Shown here: one piece after another, positions 10,168 to 18,972 of the stretch | How the letters are laid out: the number at the start of each line of letters is the position of its first letter | Numbering within the stretch: position 1 is the stretch's first letter | NCBI GenBank assembly: GCA_017983755.1 | Contig: JAGOAU010000008.1 | Location: forward strand, 19,772 to 83,771 | Length of the DNA: 64,000 nucleotides | Source: Azonexus sp. | GTDB lineage: Bacteria; Pseudomonadota; Gammaproteobacteria; Burkholderiales; Rhodocyclaceae | Direction: 5' to 3' | Position numbers and translations under genes: made by a program | Notes under the pieces: model-generated | Told to the model about the DNA's origin: nothing | Databases searched by the model: none | What the model saw: only the letters and a program-made list of their open reading frames with translations

Positions 10168-10632
10168 TCAAAATGGAATATCGTCGCCGAGGTCGTCGAA
10201 GGCCGGCTTCGGCTTGTTTTTGGCCGGCGCCGGCGCGTAATCGGCCGGCTCGCTGTCGTAACCGCCGCCCCCGGAAGAAGCCGGCGCCCCCATGCCCTGG
10301 CGGCCGCCCAGCATCTGCATTTCGGTGGCTTCGATTTCGGTGGTGTAGCGGTCCTGGCCTTCCTTGTCCTGCCACTTGCGGGTCTTGATGCGGCCTTCGA
10401 GATAGACCTGCGAGCCCTTCTTCAGGTACTGGCCGGCGATCTCGGCCAGCTTGCGATAGAAGACCACGCGATGCCATTCGGTGATTTCGCGTTTCTCGCC
10501 GCTGTTCTTGTCCTTCCAGCTTTCGGTCGTCGCCAGCCGGATATTGCAGACGGCGTCGCCGCTTGCGGTATAGCGGGTTTCCGGGTCGGCACCCAGATTG
10601 CCGACGAGAATCACTTTATTGACCGATGCCAT
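10168..10632 (-). CDS. ssb: Single-stranded DNA-binding protein
   Basis: [18 protein letters not shown]...TEWHRV; C-terminal DDIPF. Confidence 0.98.
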   Translation of the reverse strand: MASVNKVILVGNLGADPETRYTASGDAVCNIRLATTESWKDKNSGEKREITEWHRVVFYRKLAEIAGQYLKKGSQVYLEGRIKTRKWQDKEGQDRYTTEIEATEMQMLGGRQGMGAPASSGGGGYDSEPADYAPAPAKNKPKPAFDDLGDDIPF

Positions 10633-10644
10633 GAACAATGTCTC

Positions 10645-11856
10645 CTAAGCTGTTTGAGTCGCAGCGGCGGCGACGCGCCGTTGCGGGAAATTCATCGAGT
10701 TCGCTACCGCCAGCCAGATCAGAATCAGCCCGGCGCAGGCAGCAAAAACCGCATTATCGCCGAAATGCTGGGCAATATATCCGCCCCCCGCACCGCCGAT
10801 GAACAGGCCGATCGCCTGCGTCGTGTTGTAAACGCCGAGCGCGGCGCCCTTGGCGGCCGGCGGCGCGGTTCGCGAGACCAGCGAGGGCAGGGTCGCTTCG
10901 AGAACGTTGAAGGCGACGAAGAAGAGCAGCAGCCATAAGGCCAGCGCCCACAAGCTTTGGCCGAAAAAGAGCAGGCCAAGCTGAACGACGACGAGCAGCG
11001 CAATGGCGGCGCGGAAAATCGGCCGCATCTTGTCCTTGCGTTCGGCGGCGATGATCGCCGGCACCATGATGGCGAATGAAACGAGGACGGCCGGCAGATA
11101 GACTTTCCAGTGTTCCGCCGCCTCCAGCCCCCCATGATCGACCAGCGCATGGGGCAGAACGACGAACATGGCCATCTGCACCATGTGCAGCACGAAAATG
11201 CCAATGTTCAGGCGCAGCAGGTCGGCATTGAAGATTACCCGGCGCAGCGGCAGTTTTTCGTGACCATGCGGCGGCGGCGCCGGTGGCACGACCTTGAGCA
11301 GCAAGACGATGGCCGCCAGTGCCAGCACACCGGTCATAGTGAACAGACCGCCCATGCCGATCCAGCCGTAAAGCAGCGGCGCGCCGACCAGCGACAGCGC
11401 AAAGACGAGACCGATCGACGAACCGATCATCGCCATCACCTTGGTACGATGCTGCTCACGGGTCAGGTCGGCAGCCAATGCGGTGACCGCAGCCGAGATT
11501 GCACCCATGCCCTGCAATACGCGGCCGATGATGATCCAGGTCATGTCCGGCGCCCAGGCGGCGACGAAACTGCCCAGCGCAAATATCACCAGCCCGATGA
11601 CGATGACCAGCTTGCGCCCCCAGAGATCGGAGGCGATGCCGTAGGGAATCTGGAAAAATGCCTGGGTCAAACCATAGGCACCGAGCGCGAAACCGACCAG
11701 CGCCAGGTTATCGCCGCCGGGCAGGGTTTTGGCGTAGACCGAGAACACCGGCAGGATAAGGAACAACCCCAGCATGCGCAGGGCGAAGATGGAAGCCAGG
11801 GAAACGCCGGCACGGCGCTCTTCCGGGCTCATGCGGTCGGCAGCGGGGATGGACAT
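10645..11856 (-). CDS. MFS transporter (YajR-like)
   Basis: LRMLGLFLILPV, GAYGLTQA, SDLWGRK (motif A), ADLTREQHRTK; usual neighbour of ssb. Confidence 0.9.
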   Translation of the reverse strand: MSIPAADRMSPEERRAGVSLASIFALRMLGLFLILPVFSVYAKTLPGGDNLALVGFALGAYGLTQAFFQIPYGIASDLWGRKLVIVIGLVIFALGSFVAAWAPDMTWIIIGRVLQGMGAISAAVTALAADLTREQHRTKVMAMIGSSIGLVFALSLVGAPLLYGWIGMGGLFTMTGVLALAAIVLLLKVVPPAPPPHGHEKLPLRRVIFNADLLRLNIGIFVLHMVQMAMFVVLPHALVDHGGLEAAEHWKVYLPAVLVSFAIMVPAIIAAERKDKMRPIFRAAIALLVVVQLGLLFFGQSLWALALWLLLFFVAFNVLEATLPSLVSRTAPPAAKGAALGVYNTTQAIGLFIGGAGGGYIAQHFGDNAVFAACAGLILIWLAVANSMNFPQRRVAAAATQTA

Positions 11857-12013
11857 CGGGAAAACGCCTTTGGTGCAATGCAGCGAAAGGGGAAATATTA
11901 GCAGGTTTGCACACGAAGCCGGCGACACCCTGCCGCCTTGAGCCCGTACCATTCAGGTTGGCGTCATCTTGCCTGCGCTACACTGGCGACCAACTCAAAC
12001 GCGAATCCCCGCC

Positions 12014-14359
12014 ATGCGCCTACTGCCCCCGTTTCTCCTGGCCTTCGTTGCCGGTTGCGCCACCGTCGTCGGCACCCTGCAGCTCGACGACCGCTTCGGC
12101 CCGGCCGACCCGGCGCGCTTCGACCATCCGCCCGCCACAATCGCCGGCGCCCCGGACTACTGGAAGGACGTGCGCCCGCTGCTCGACCAGCGCTGCGTCT
12201 CCTGCCACGCCTGCTACGACGCGCCCTGCCAGCTCAACCTGACCAGCTACGCCGGGCTGACCCGCGGCGCCAATCCGAAACCCGTTTATTCCAGCGTACG
12301 GCTGATCGCCGATGCACCGACCCGCCTCGGCTTCGACGCCCTGACCAACGCCGGCTGGCGGCAGAAGGGCTTTTTCCCGATACTCAACGAACGTGAACAG
12401 ACACCGGAAGCCAACCGCGAGGGCGGCGTCATGTATCGCATGCTGGCGCTGAAGCAGTTGCACCCGGGGCCGGACAGCGGCGCAATCACCAACCCCGACC
12501 TCGACTTCTCGCTGGATCGCACGGACACCTGCACCAAGGCCGAGACCTTCGATGAGTATTCCAGCAAACATGCCGAACGCGGGATGCCCTTCGGCATGCC
12601 GCCGCTGGCGAAGGCCGAGCACCAGACCCTGACGCGCTGGCTGGAGGCGGGGGCGCCCTACACGCCGGCAGAACCGTTACCGGCCGCCGCCCTGGCCCAG
12701 GTCGAAGACTGGGAGCGCTTCCTGAACGGCGACAGCCTGCAGGAGCAACTGGTGGCGCGCTACATCTACGAACACTGGTACATCGGCCATTTACATTTCG
12801 ACGCAGCGCCCGGGCGCTATTTCCAGCTCGTCCGTAGCCGGACACCACCCGGAAAGGCGATCGACGTCGTCGCGACCCGCCGTCCCTACGACGACCCCGG
12901 TGTGCCGCGCGTCTATTACCGCCTGCGCTACAGCGAGGCGACGCAGGTGGCCAAGACCTTCATGCCCCTGCAACTCGACGCCGCGCGCATGGAACGGGTG
13001 CGGCAGTGGTTCTTCACGCCTGCCTATCGGGTCGATGCTCTGCCCGGCTACGAAATCGAAAAGGCTTCCAACCCCTTCGTCACCTTCCGCGCCCTGCCGG
13101 TCAATTCGCGTTATCGCTTCATGCTCGACGACGCGCAGTTCATCATGATGGGCTTCATGAAGGGGCCGGTCTGCCGCGGTCAGGTGGCGCTCAACGTGAT
13201 CAACGACCTGTTCTGGGTCGCCTTCGTAGCGCCAAGCGACAATGAAGCCCGGATGACGACCACGCTGCTCGACGCCGACATCATCAACCTGCAGCTGCCG
13301 GCGGAGCATGAAAGCACGGCCGGGCTGCTGGCCTGGCGCGACTACGCCAAGCTGGAAAAACGCTTCCTGAAGGAAAAAAGCACTTTGCTGGGTGCCGAGA
13401 GCAAGAAAAATCTGCCGAACGTCACCCATCTGTGGGACGGCGACGGCAAAAACCCGAATGCCGCGCTGACGGTATTCCGCCATTTCGACAGCGCCTCGGT
13501 AAGCCGCGGCTTTGCCGGCGAGCGCCCGCAGACGATGCTGGTCATCGGCTACCCGCTGTTCGAGCGCATGCATTACCTGCTGCTCACCGGCTACGATGTC
13601 TACGGCAATATCGGACACCAGCTGGCGACCCGGCTTTATATGGATTTCCTGCGCATGGAGGGCGAGCTCAACTTCCTCACCCTCCTCCCGCTCAAGGATC
13701 GCCAGCCGGTTCTCGATTTCTGGTATCGCGGCCGCAAGGAACAGACCGACCGCTATTTCACCGACGCCGCCGACTATTTCCCACGCGAAAGCGGCATGCA
13801 GTACCGGACCAAGGATCACCTGGGCGAGCTTTACCAGGCGGTCGCACAACACATGGCGCCAGTACGCGCCCCGGCGCTCGACTGGAAGAACACTGGGCTG
13901 AGTCCGGCGGAAGTGGCCCAGATGCGCCGGCTATCGCAAATCCACGGCATTCCGGCGTCGGTAATGCCGGAGCAGAGCCTGCTGCTGTTGCGCCGGCCCG
14001 GCGACCGGCCGCAAATCGTTTCGCTGGTGCGCAACAGCGCGCACAGCAACGTCGCCGAGATGTTCGACGAAGCGGAACGCCGCCGCCCGAGGGAGGACAC
14101 GCTGCTGGCGCTGGAGGGCGTGATCGGCGCCTATCCCAATGCGTTCTTTGCGGTCGACCCCGAAAAACTGCCCATTTTCGTCGAGGCCGTCGGGAAACTG
14201 GGCAACGAAGCCGATCTGGTACGGCTGACCGAACGCTTCGGCGTGCGCCGCACCGACCCGCGTTTCTGGCCGACCAGCGACGCCCTGCACGCCGAATGGC
14301 GACGCACGGCGCCGAAAGAGGCCGCCGTGCTCGACTACAGCCGCTTCGAGAACCGCTGA
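12014..14359 (+). CDS. cti: Fatty acid cis/trans isomerase (heme c, probable lipoprotein)
   Basis: RCVSCHACYDAPCQLNL (CxxCH), KGPVCRGQVALNVI, FRHFDSASV, RLYMDFLRMEGE, DYSRFENR; lipobox-like VAGC. Confidence 0.93.
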   Translation: MRLLPPFLLAFVAGCATVVGTLQLDDRFGPADPARFDHPPATIAGAPDYWKDVRPLLDQRCVSCHACYDAPCQLNLTSYAGLTRGANPKPVYSSVRLIADAPTRLGFDALTNAGWRQKGFFPILNEREQTPEANREGGVMYRMLALKQLHPGPDSGAITNPDLDFSLDRTDTCTKAETFDEYSSKHAERGMPFGMPPLAKAEHQTLTRWLEAGAPYTPAEPLPAAALAQVEDWERFLNGDSLQEQLVARYIYEHWYIGHLHFDAAPGRYFQLVRSRTPPGKAIDVVATRRPYDDPGVPRVYYRLRYSEATQVAKTFMPLQLDAARMERVRQWFFTPAYRVDALPGYEIEKASNPFVTFRALPVNSRYRFMLDDAQFIMMGFMKGPVCRGQVALNVINDLFWVAFVAPSDNEARMTTTLLDADIINLQLPAEHESTAGLLAWRDYAKLEKRFLKEKSTLLGAESKKNLPNVTHLWDGDGKNPNAALTVFRHFDSASVSRGFAGERPQTMLVIGYPLFERMHYLLLTGYDVYGNIGHQLATRLYMDFLRMEGELNFLTLLPLKDRQPVLDFWYRGRKEQTDRYFTDAADYFPRESGMQYRTKDHLGELYQAVAQHMAPVRAPALDWKNTGLSPAEVAQMRRLSQIHGIPASVMPEQSLLLLRRPGDRPQIVSLVRNSAHSNVAEMFDEAERRRPREDTLLALEGVIGAYPNAFFAVDPEKLPIFVEAVGKLGNEADLVRLTERFGVRRTDPRFWPTSDALHAEWRRTAPKEAAVLDYSRFENR

Positions 14360-14444
14360 TCAAACCTTGCCGGCGCGGGCTTCCTTGCGCAGGGAAGCCT
14401 ATACCGAGGCACCGATGATCACTGCGAGCACAGTCAGCGAGAAG
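14360..14444 (-). pseudogene. Decayed duplicate of the terC 3' end (att-like direct repeat of 21316-21400)
   Basis: 74/85 nt identical to 21316-21400 by manual alignment; reads [26 protein letters not shown] versus [27 protein letters not shown]. Confidence 0.9.
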
Positions 14445-14501
14445 ATGTGATTGGGCTGCAATGCCGTGCCAATGCGGCCAGAACGGTAGCTCGTGCAGGC
14501 A

Positions 14502-15242
14502 TCAGCCCAGATTGGCGAAAGGCAGAAAAATATCATCGGCCATCGGTTCGTAATCCGCTGGCAAAACGCCCTTCATCTCAACCAACACTCGTCGATTCAG
14601 CGGCACACCATCCGTATTTACCTTGATGATCGTGGCGCTAATGTCATGGGCTTTGGTGATGGATTTCAGAATATCAGGGACGATATACCGGGGCGTCCAG
14701 CCGATGAACTCGTAATCCTGGTGGCTGGTGAGTTGAATCGCCAAACCATATTTTGGGTTGTTCAACTCCAAGGAAACGCCAAGCAGTTCGCCCGGAACGA
14801 GATGCTGCGCCCGTGCCTGTGCTGCTTCGCTCATGTGCCGCAGGCCATGCAGAAAGAATCGGCAACGGAAGGAGCCATCTGCTTCCTTCTCGATTTTGGG
14901 GAATACCTCAAAACTATCTGTTTGCCGTTCGCCGCCGGAGACAGCCAAAATCTCGATGGGATCAGGCGTTTCCAAACCCAAAGAAGCCAGATAGTTGGCA
15001 AAATCACGACGCTGACTGCCCAAAACCCGATTCTTGAACATCGGGAACAACTCGGAGGATTGATAGGATTCCCCAAGTGTTGGAAACGATGCGATAGGGT
15101 GAAAGCCAACTTTCTTGGCGCCAATGACGCCCTGCGTATAGCAAAATCGGTATTGGGAGTGCTCGGTGTCCGCATCCAGGCGACCAACAGGAAACCACGC
15201 TCTATCCGTAGGTGCCTGCCAAGCCAAAAACAAGGTTCTCAT
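14502..15242 (-). CDS. HipS-like N-terminus plus HIRAN-domain protein (putative antitoxin/DNA-end sensor)
   Basis: LFLAWQ..VGRL..YRFCY..FP..YQSSELFPMFKNRVL..R.DF..ILAVSGG...DSFE (HipA N-terminal/HipS-like); FFLHGLRH..L.PGE.L..ELNNPKY..AI..IGWTPRY (HIRAN-like); ATGA overlap with the kinase. Confidence 0.75.
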   Translation of the reverse strand: MRTLFLAWQAPTDRAWFPVGRLDADTEHSQYRFCYTQGVIGAKKVGFHPIASFPTLGESYQSSELFPMFKNRVLGSQRRDFANYLASLGLETPDPIEILAVSGGERQTDSFEVFPKIEKEADGSFRCRFFLHGLRHMSEAAQARAQHLVPGELLGVSLELNNPKYGLAIQLTSHQDYEFIGWTPRYIVPDILKSITKAHDISATIIKVNTDGVPLNRRVLVEMKGVLPADYEPMADDIFLPFANLG

Positions 15243-16177
15243 GAACCAATCCTCCTCAAACTTTCGTAAGCCACCCGCAACATTTCCTTGGCGAAGGCAC
15301 AGGCATCATTGCTGATCCTGTCATGCGGCACACGGTCCAAAATATCAGTTAGTTTTGCAAGCGGAATGCCGCGCAATGCAGCCAAAGTTGGCTGAAAATA
15401 ATCCGGGTGATCATCAGCTGTTGATTCTACCAGTTGAAGGGGATTTGCCCCTCGCTTTCCATCCGGGAAGAAAATGCCACCTTTGCCCTTCCGAACATAA
15501 GCCTCAACCGCCACGCGTCGCAGAATATCGGCCCGCTTTTCGTCAAGAAGTTCCCTGCCAAGTGATGAGGCATGGTCGAAACTGGGCGCGATGTCGTATT
15601 GCTTTTCAAGGCGCGCTGCTTCGCTAACCTCGTCAATATTTACCAGCACCTGCCAAAGCAAGCCCCAGTTTTCGTGGTGGCGATCCGTATTACCAATCAA
15701 CGCATCCAATACCAGATAACTGGCCAACTGTCGCAGCACGGTGCGATGCTCATTGGCCTTGGGAAACATGGCTCTGATTGCCTTGATAATGTTTTCGACG
15801 GTGTGGCTGGACTGCTGAAAACGCATTTCAGGGTCGTAGCCTTTCAGATACCCCGCCATGACCTCATTCCCGTGCATCAACTGTTGGGCCGGCGAAGTGA
15901 AGTTGAGGCAGGCACAACCCCAACGCCCTTCAAACTCTGCCAGTTCAACAGTGGCCGCAGGGATGTGCATCAAGTGGGCGATTTCTGCCGCCACTTTTTC
16001 AGCCCAATCTTCGCCAGTTGGCACGGAACCATCAGGTTTTTGAATAACTCGAACTTCTTTGAATAGCCAAAGTCTGCCGTCCTGCTTGAACCAGAACTTT
16101 TCTTTGCTGCCCAGTTGTTCGTCGCCAACGATCTGGTCACTGGAAATGGAAAACACAGGGAATAGGTTGCTGGTCAT
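15239..16177 (-). CDS. HipA-family (HipA_C/CtkA-like) Ser/Thr kinase
   Basis: LGSKEKFW Gly-loop, WLFKE, EDWAEKVAAEIA, DALIGNTDRHHENWG, APSFDHASSLG. Confidence 0.85.
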   Translation of the reverse strand: MTSNLFPVFSISSDQIVGDEQLGSKEKFWFKQDGRLWLFKEVRVIQKPDGSVPTGEDWAEKVAAEIAHLMHIPAATVELAEFEGRWGCACLNFTSPAQQLMHGNEVMAGYLKGYDPEMRFQQSSHTVENIIKAIRAMFPKANEHRTVLRQLASYLVLDALIGNTDRHHENWGLLWQVLVNIDEVSEAARLEKQYDIAPSFDHASSLGRELLDEKRADILRRVAVEAYVRKGKGGIFFPDGKRGANPLQLVESTADDHPDYFQPTLAALRGIPLAKLTDILDRVPHDRISNDACAFAKEMLRVAYESLRRIGS

Positions 16178-16183
16178 GGCGAC

Positions 16184-17326
16184 TTACGCGCTGAATGCCT
16201 GTGCCAGTAAGGCATCAAAGGTGGCTTTGGCCTTAGCGGTGGCCGTGGATTGTTGGGATTGAATGCTGAAAATATCATCCTTCCTCTCTGCAAATGCCCA
16301 CTGCAAATCGACAGGTGGCAACGGTACAGAAAGAGACTTCACGTCTTGTTGGTTGATACTGGACTGATTGATGGCATGTTTCGCATTTGATAAGAAATGA
16401 GACTTGGCATGCGACGTTTGAAGAACATCGATCACATACTCGGGGATAGCCAAAGCCTCATCGGTGGCGAAGCGCATCATGTTGGATTCAAACACCATTT
16501 CTTCATTTAAAGCAGGGATGATGGCACTTTTGCCAAGGTATTCAGGGCTATTAACGCGGTTGATAACTATATTGCGTGAAAACAGTCTGAACTTGGCTTG
16601 CTCTTCTGGCGTGGCCCGGAGGCGCTTCAAAGCATTTAGGTCGGTCACACGACCATCGTAAAAAGCATCAATACGAAGGATAGGTGTTCCATCTCCGTAG
16701 TGAGATGCGTGCTTATAAAGCCCATTCTGCGGACCATCACAAATAATCTCACCAAGATGTGCCACCGGCCACCCCTTCGGATTCGTCGCAGGGTCACCAA
16801 ACATATCCAGAAACAGTGCCGGGATGAGTTCGGCGGCTTTCTTCTCGGCTTCCCGCCGCAGGCGAACGATGCCCTCGGCACGGGAAAGCAGATCGACGAT
16901 GCGGCGTTGCTCGGGGAGCGGTGGCACATTGACCTTTGTCGATTCAAAATCACCACGAACAACGTGCTTCATTGTTGAGCCGTGAGTCTTTGAAGACAAC
17001 TCTGCCAAGGCATTTTTTAGCGCATAAAATAAGTATTCAGGGTCAATATCTGCGTTGGGCAACACCTTGAAAATGTGCTGGTTGAGCACACCTCTTGGGC
17101 CAGACCACCGATAAACATCAAGCGTTGCACTCCACGAAACAAGCAGATCGCCCGGTTCGACAATCAACTCGGGTTTTACCTTGCGCGTCGTAAGGTTGAA
17201 CTTCTCGCCAGTGCCAGTCAGATTTTGAATGCGAATGATCGGAAGCCCGGATTCCTCCCAATCAGAGGGCTTGAACGCTGCTCCGTTGATAAATCTGGCC
17301 GTATCGCCGAGTGCCATCAAGGTCAT
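16184..17326 (-). CDS. hsdS: Type I R-M specificity subunit with two TRDs
   Basis: PPLPEQRRIVDLL, LFLDMFGDPATNPKGW, PLPPVDLQ, FDALLAQAF; ATGA overlap with hsdM. Confidence 0.93.
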   Translation of the reverse strand: MTLMALGDTARFINGAAFKPSDWEESGLPIIRIQNLTGTGEKFNLTTRKVKPELIVEPGDLLVSWSATLDVYRWSGPRGVLNQHIFKVLPNADIDPEYLFYALKNALAELSSKTHGSTMKHVVRGDFESTKVNVPPLPEQRRIVDLLSRAEGIVRLRREAEKKAAELIPALFLDMFGDPATNPKGWPVAHLGEIICDGPQNGLYKHASHYGDGTPILRIDAFYDGRVTDLNALKRLRATPEEQAKFRLFSRNIVINRVNSPEYLGKSAIIPALNEEMVFESNMMRFATDEALAIPEYVIDVLQTSHAKSHFLSNAKHAINQSSINQQDVKSLSVPLPPVDLQWAFAERKDDIFSIQSQQSTATAKAKATFDALLAQAFSA

Positions 17327-18945
17327 GCAGCCAGCTCCGCCAGCGCCGCCCTCAACGCCTCCACTTCCTCGACAATCTCCACCTCAATCGCCGCCAGTTC
17401 ATCCAGAATCTCGCGCGGGTCGCGGTGCTCAATGGCGGCTTGGCTCATCGGCCGGTAGCGTCCGGCTGAGAGGTTGAAGTCATTGGCGCGCAGCGTCGCC
17501 GCGTCGGCGAACCACCACTGCGCCGCCCATTCGGCGGCCGGGTCGCGCACTTGCCAGGTGGCGAAATTTGCCTCTTTTTCGCGGTAGACCGCAACCAAAT
17601 CCGGCAGGTCGTCAGCCTCGATGGCGGTGTCGTGGTTGGCGTCCAGCTTGTAGCCGTCGTTGTCGGCGTGCAGGAACAGCACGTTCTCTGTCGTGCCACC
17701 CTTACGGAAAAACAGCACCGAAGTCTTCACCCCGGAATACGGTTGAAACACCCCGCCGGGCAGCGACAGCACGGCCTCGACGCGGTTGTTTTCGATGAGT
17801 TGGCGGCGCAGTTCCTTGTGGGCGCCGGTGGAACCGAACAGCACGCCTTCGGGCACGATGACGCCGCAGCGGCCGCCGGGCCGCAGGTTGTCCATCATGT
17901 ATTTGAGGAACAGGAGTTCGGTGGCCGTGCTGGTGCCGACCTTCACTTCTTCCACCACCCGGTCTTTGTCGACGCGCCCGGCAAATGGCGGGTTGGCGAG
18001 GATGACGTGGTAGCCCTCGGCGGGCAGGCCGAGTTGTTCCTTGCGCTCGTTGTCGAGGCTGGTGGTCAGCACGTTGCGCAGCAGCACGCGGACATTGGCC
18101 AGCCCGCGCAGGGTCAGGTTCATGGTGGCCAAGCGCACCATTTTCGGGTCGACGTCGTTGCCGTAGAAGGTGGCTGACTGCAGGGCAGATGTCTGGGCGG
18201 CGGAGAGTTGGTCGCCCAGACCGCGCCTTTGCATTTTGCCGTCAATTTCGACGTTGACCGTGGCAGCAGGTGACGAGTTGGCAAGCCGGATGTGGTTGTA
18301 GGCGGCAACGAGAAAACCTGCCGTGCCTGCCGCCGGGTCGTAGATGGTTTCGCCCACTTTGGGGTCGATGATTTCGACAATGCTGCGAATGACATGGCGC
18401 GGCGTGCGGAATTGGCCCAATTCGCCGGCCTGCCGAATCTGGCGCAGGACGTGCTCGAAGAGGTCGCCCTTGGTGTCGGAGTCGGCGGCATCGAGGCGCA
18501 GGCCGTCGACCAGATTGACGACCTGGGTGAGCACCGTCGGGTCGATGATGGCCAGCCGCGCGCCATCCATGAAGTTGTGGGCCGCCGCCTCGCCCATCTC
18601 GGCGAAGAAGGCGAAAACCTCGTCGCGCAGGAAGCGAACCAGCGCCTCGCCCGACAAGCCCTTGGCCCACACCGACCAGCGGAAGCGGTCGCGCGGAATC
18701 GTCGTCTGGCCGTGCTCGGCGTTGAGCGGGTTGCGAATTTTCCACTCACCGGCGAACAGGGTTTCGTAAGACTGCTTCAACACTTTGGCCTTCATCTTGT
18801 TCTCTGCGTCGATACCTTCGACGAGGTAAAAGAAGAACAGGAAGGACAGTTGCTCGGCATTACTCACGGGGTCGGGGTAGCCGCCGCCAAAGAGGTAATC
18901 GCGAATCTGGTCAATCGACCGCCGCATGTCGGGGGTCAGGGGCAT
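17323..18945 (-). CDS. hsdM: Type I R-M N6-adenine methyltransferase
   Basis: GQFRTPRH, IYDPAAGTAGFL (motif I), ILANPPF (motif IV), VPEGVLFG, FQPYSGVKT. Confidence 0.95.
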   Translation of the reverse strand: MPLTPDMRRSIDQIRDYLFGGGYPDPVSNAEQLSFLFFFYLVEGIDAENKMKAKVLKQSYETLFAGEWKIRNPLNAEHGQTTIPRDRFRWSVWAKGLSGEALVRFLRDEVFAFFAEMGEAAAHNFMDGARLAIIDPTVLTQVVNLVDGLRLDAADSDTKGDLFEHVLRQIRQAGELGQFRTPRHVIRSIVEIIDPKVGETIYDPAAGTAGFLVAAYNHIRLANSSPAATVNVEIDGKMQRRGLGDQLSAAQTSALQSATFYGNDVDPKMVRLATMNLTLRGLANVRVLLRNVLTTSLDNERKEQLGLPAEGYHVILANPPFAGRVDKDRVVEEVKVGTSTATELLFLKYMMDNLRPGGRCGVIVPEGVLFGSTGAHKELRRQLIENNRVEAVLSLPGGVFQPYSGVKTSVLFFRKGGTTENVLFLHADNDGYKLDANHDTAIEADDLPDLVAVYREKEANFATWQVRDPAAEWAAQWWFADAATLRANDFNLSAGRYRPMSQAAIEHRDPREILDELAAIEVEIVEEVEALRAALAELAA

Positions 18946-18972
18946 GGTGCTTTCCTTGCTAAGTTGCGTTGC

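Noticed and set aside
14493-15269. 258-aa plus-strand ORF in the island
   Set aside because: Antisense to the HIRAN gene, which has family motifs and translational coupling to the kinase
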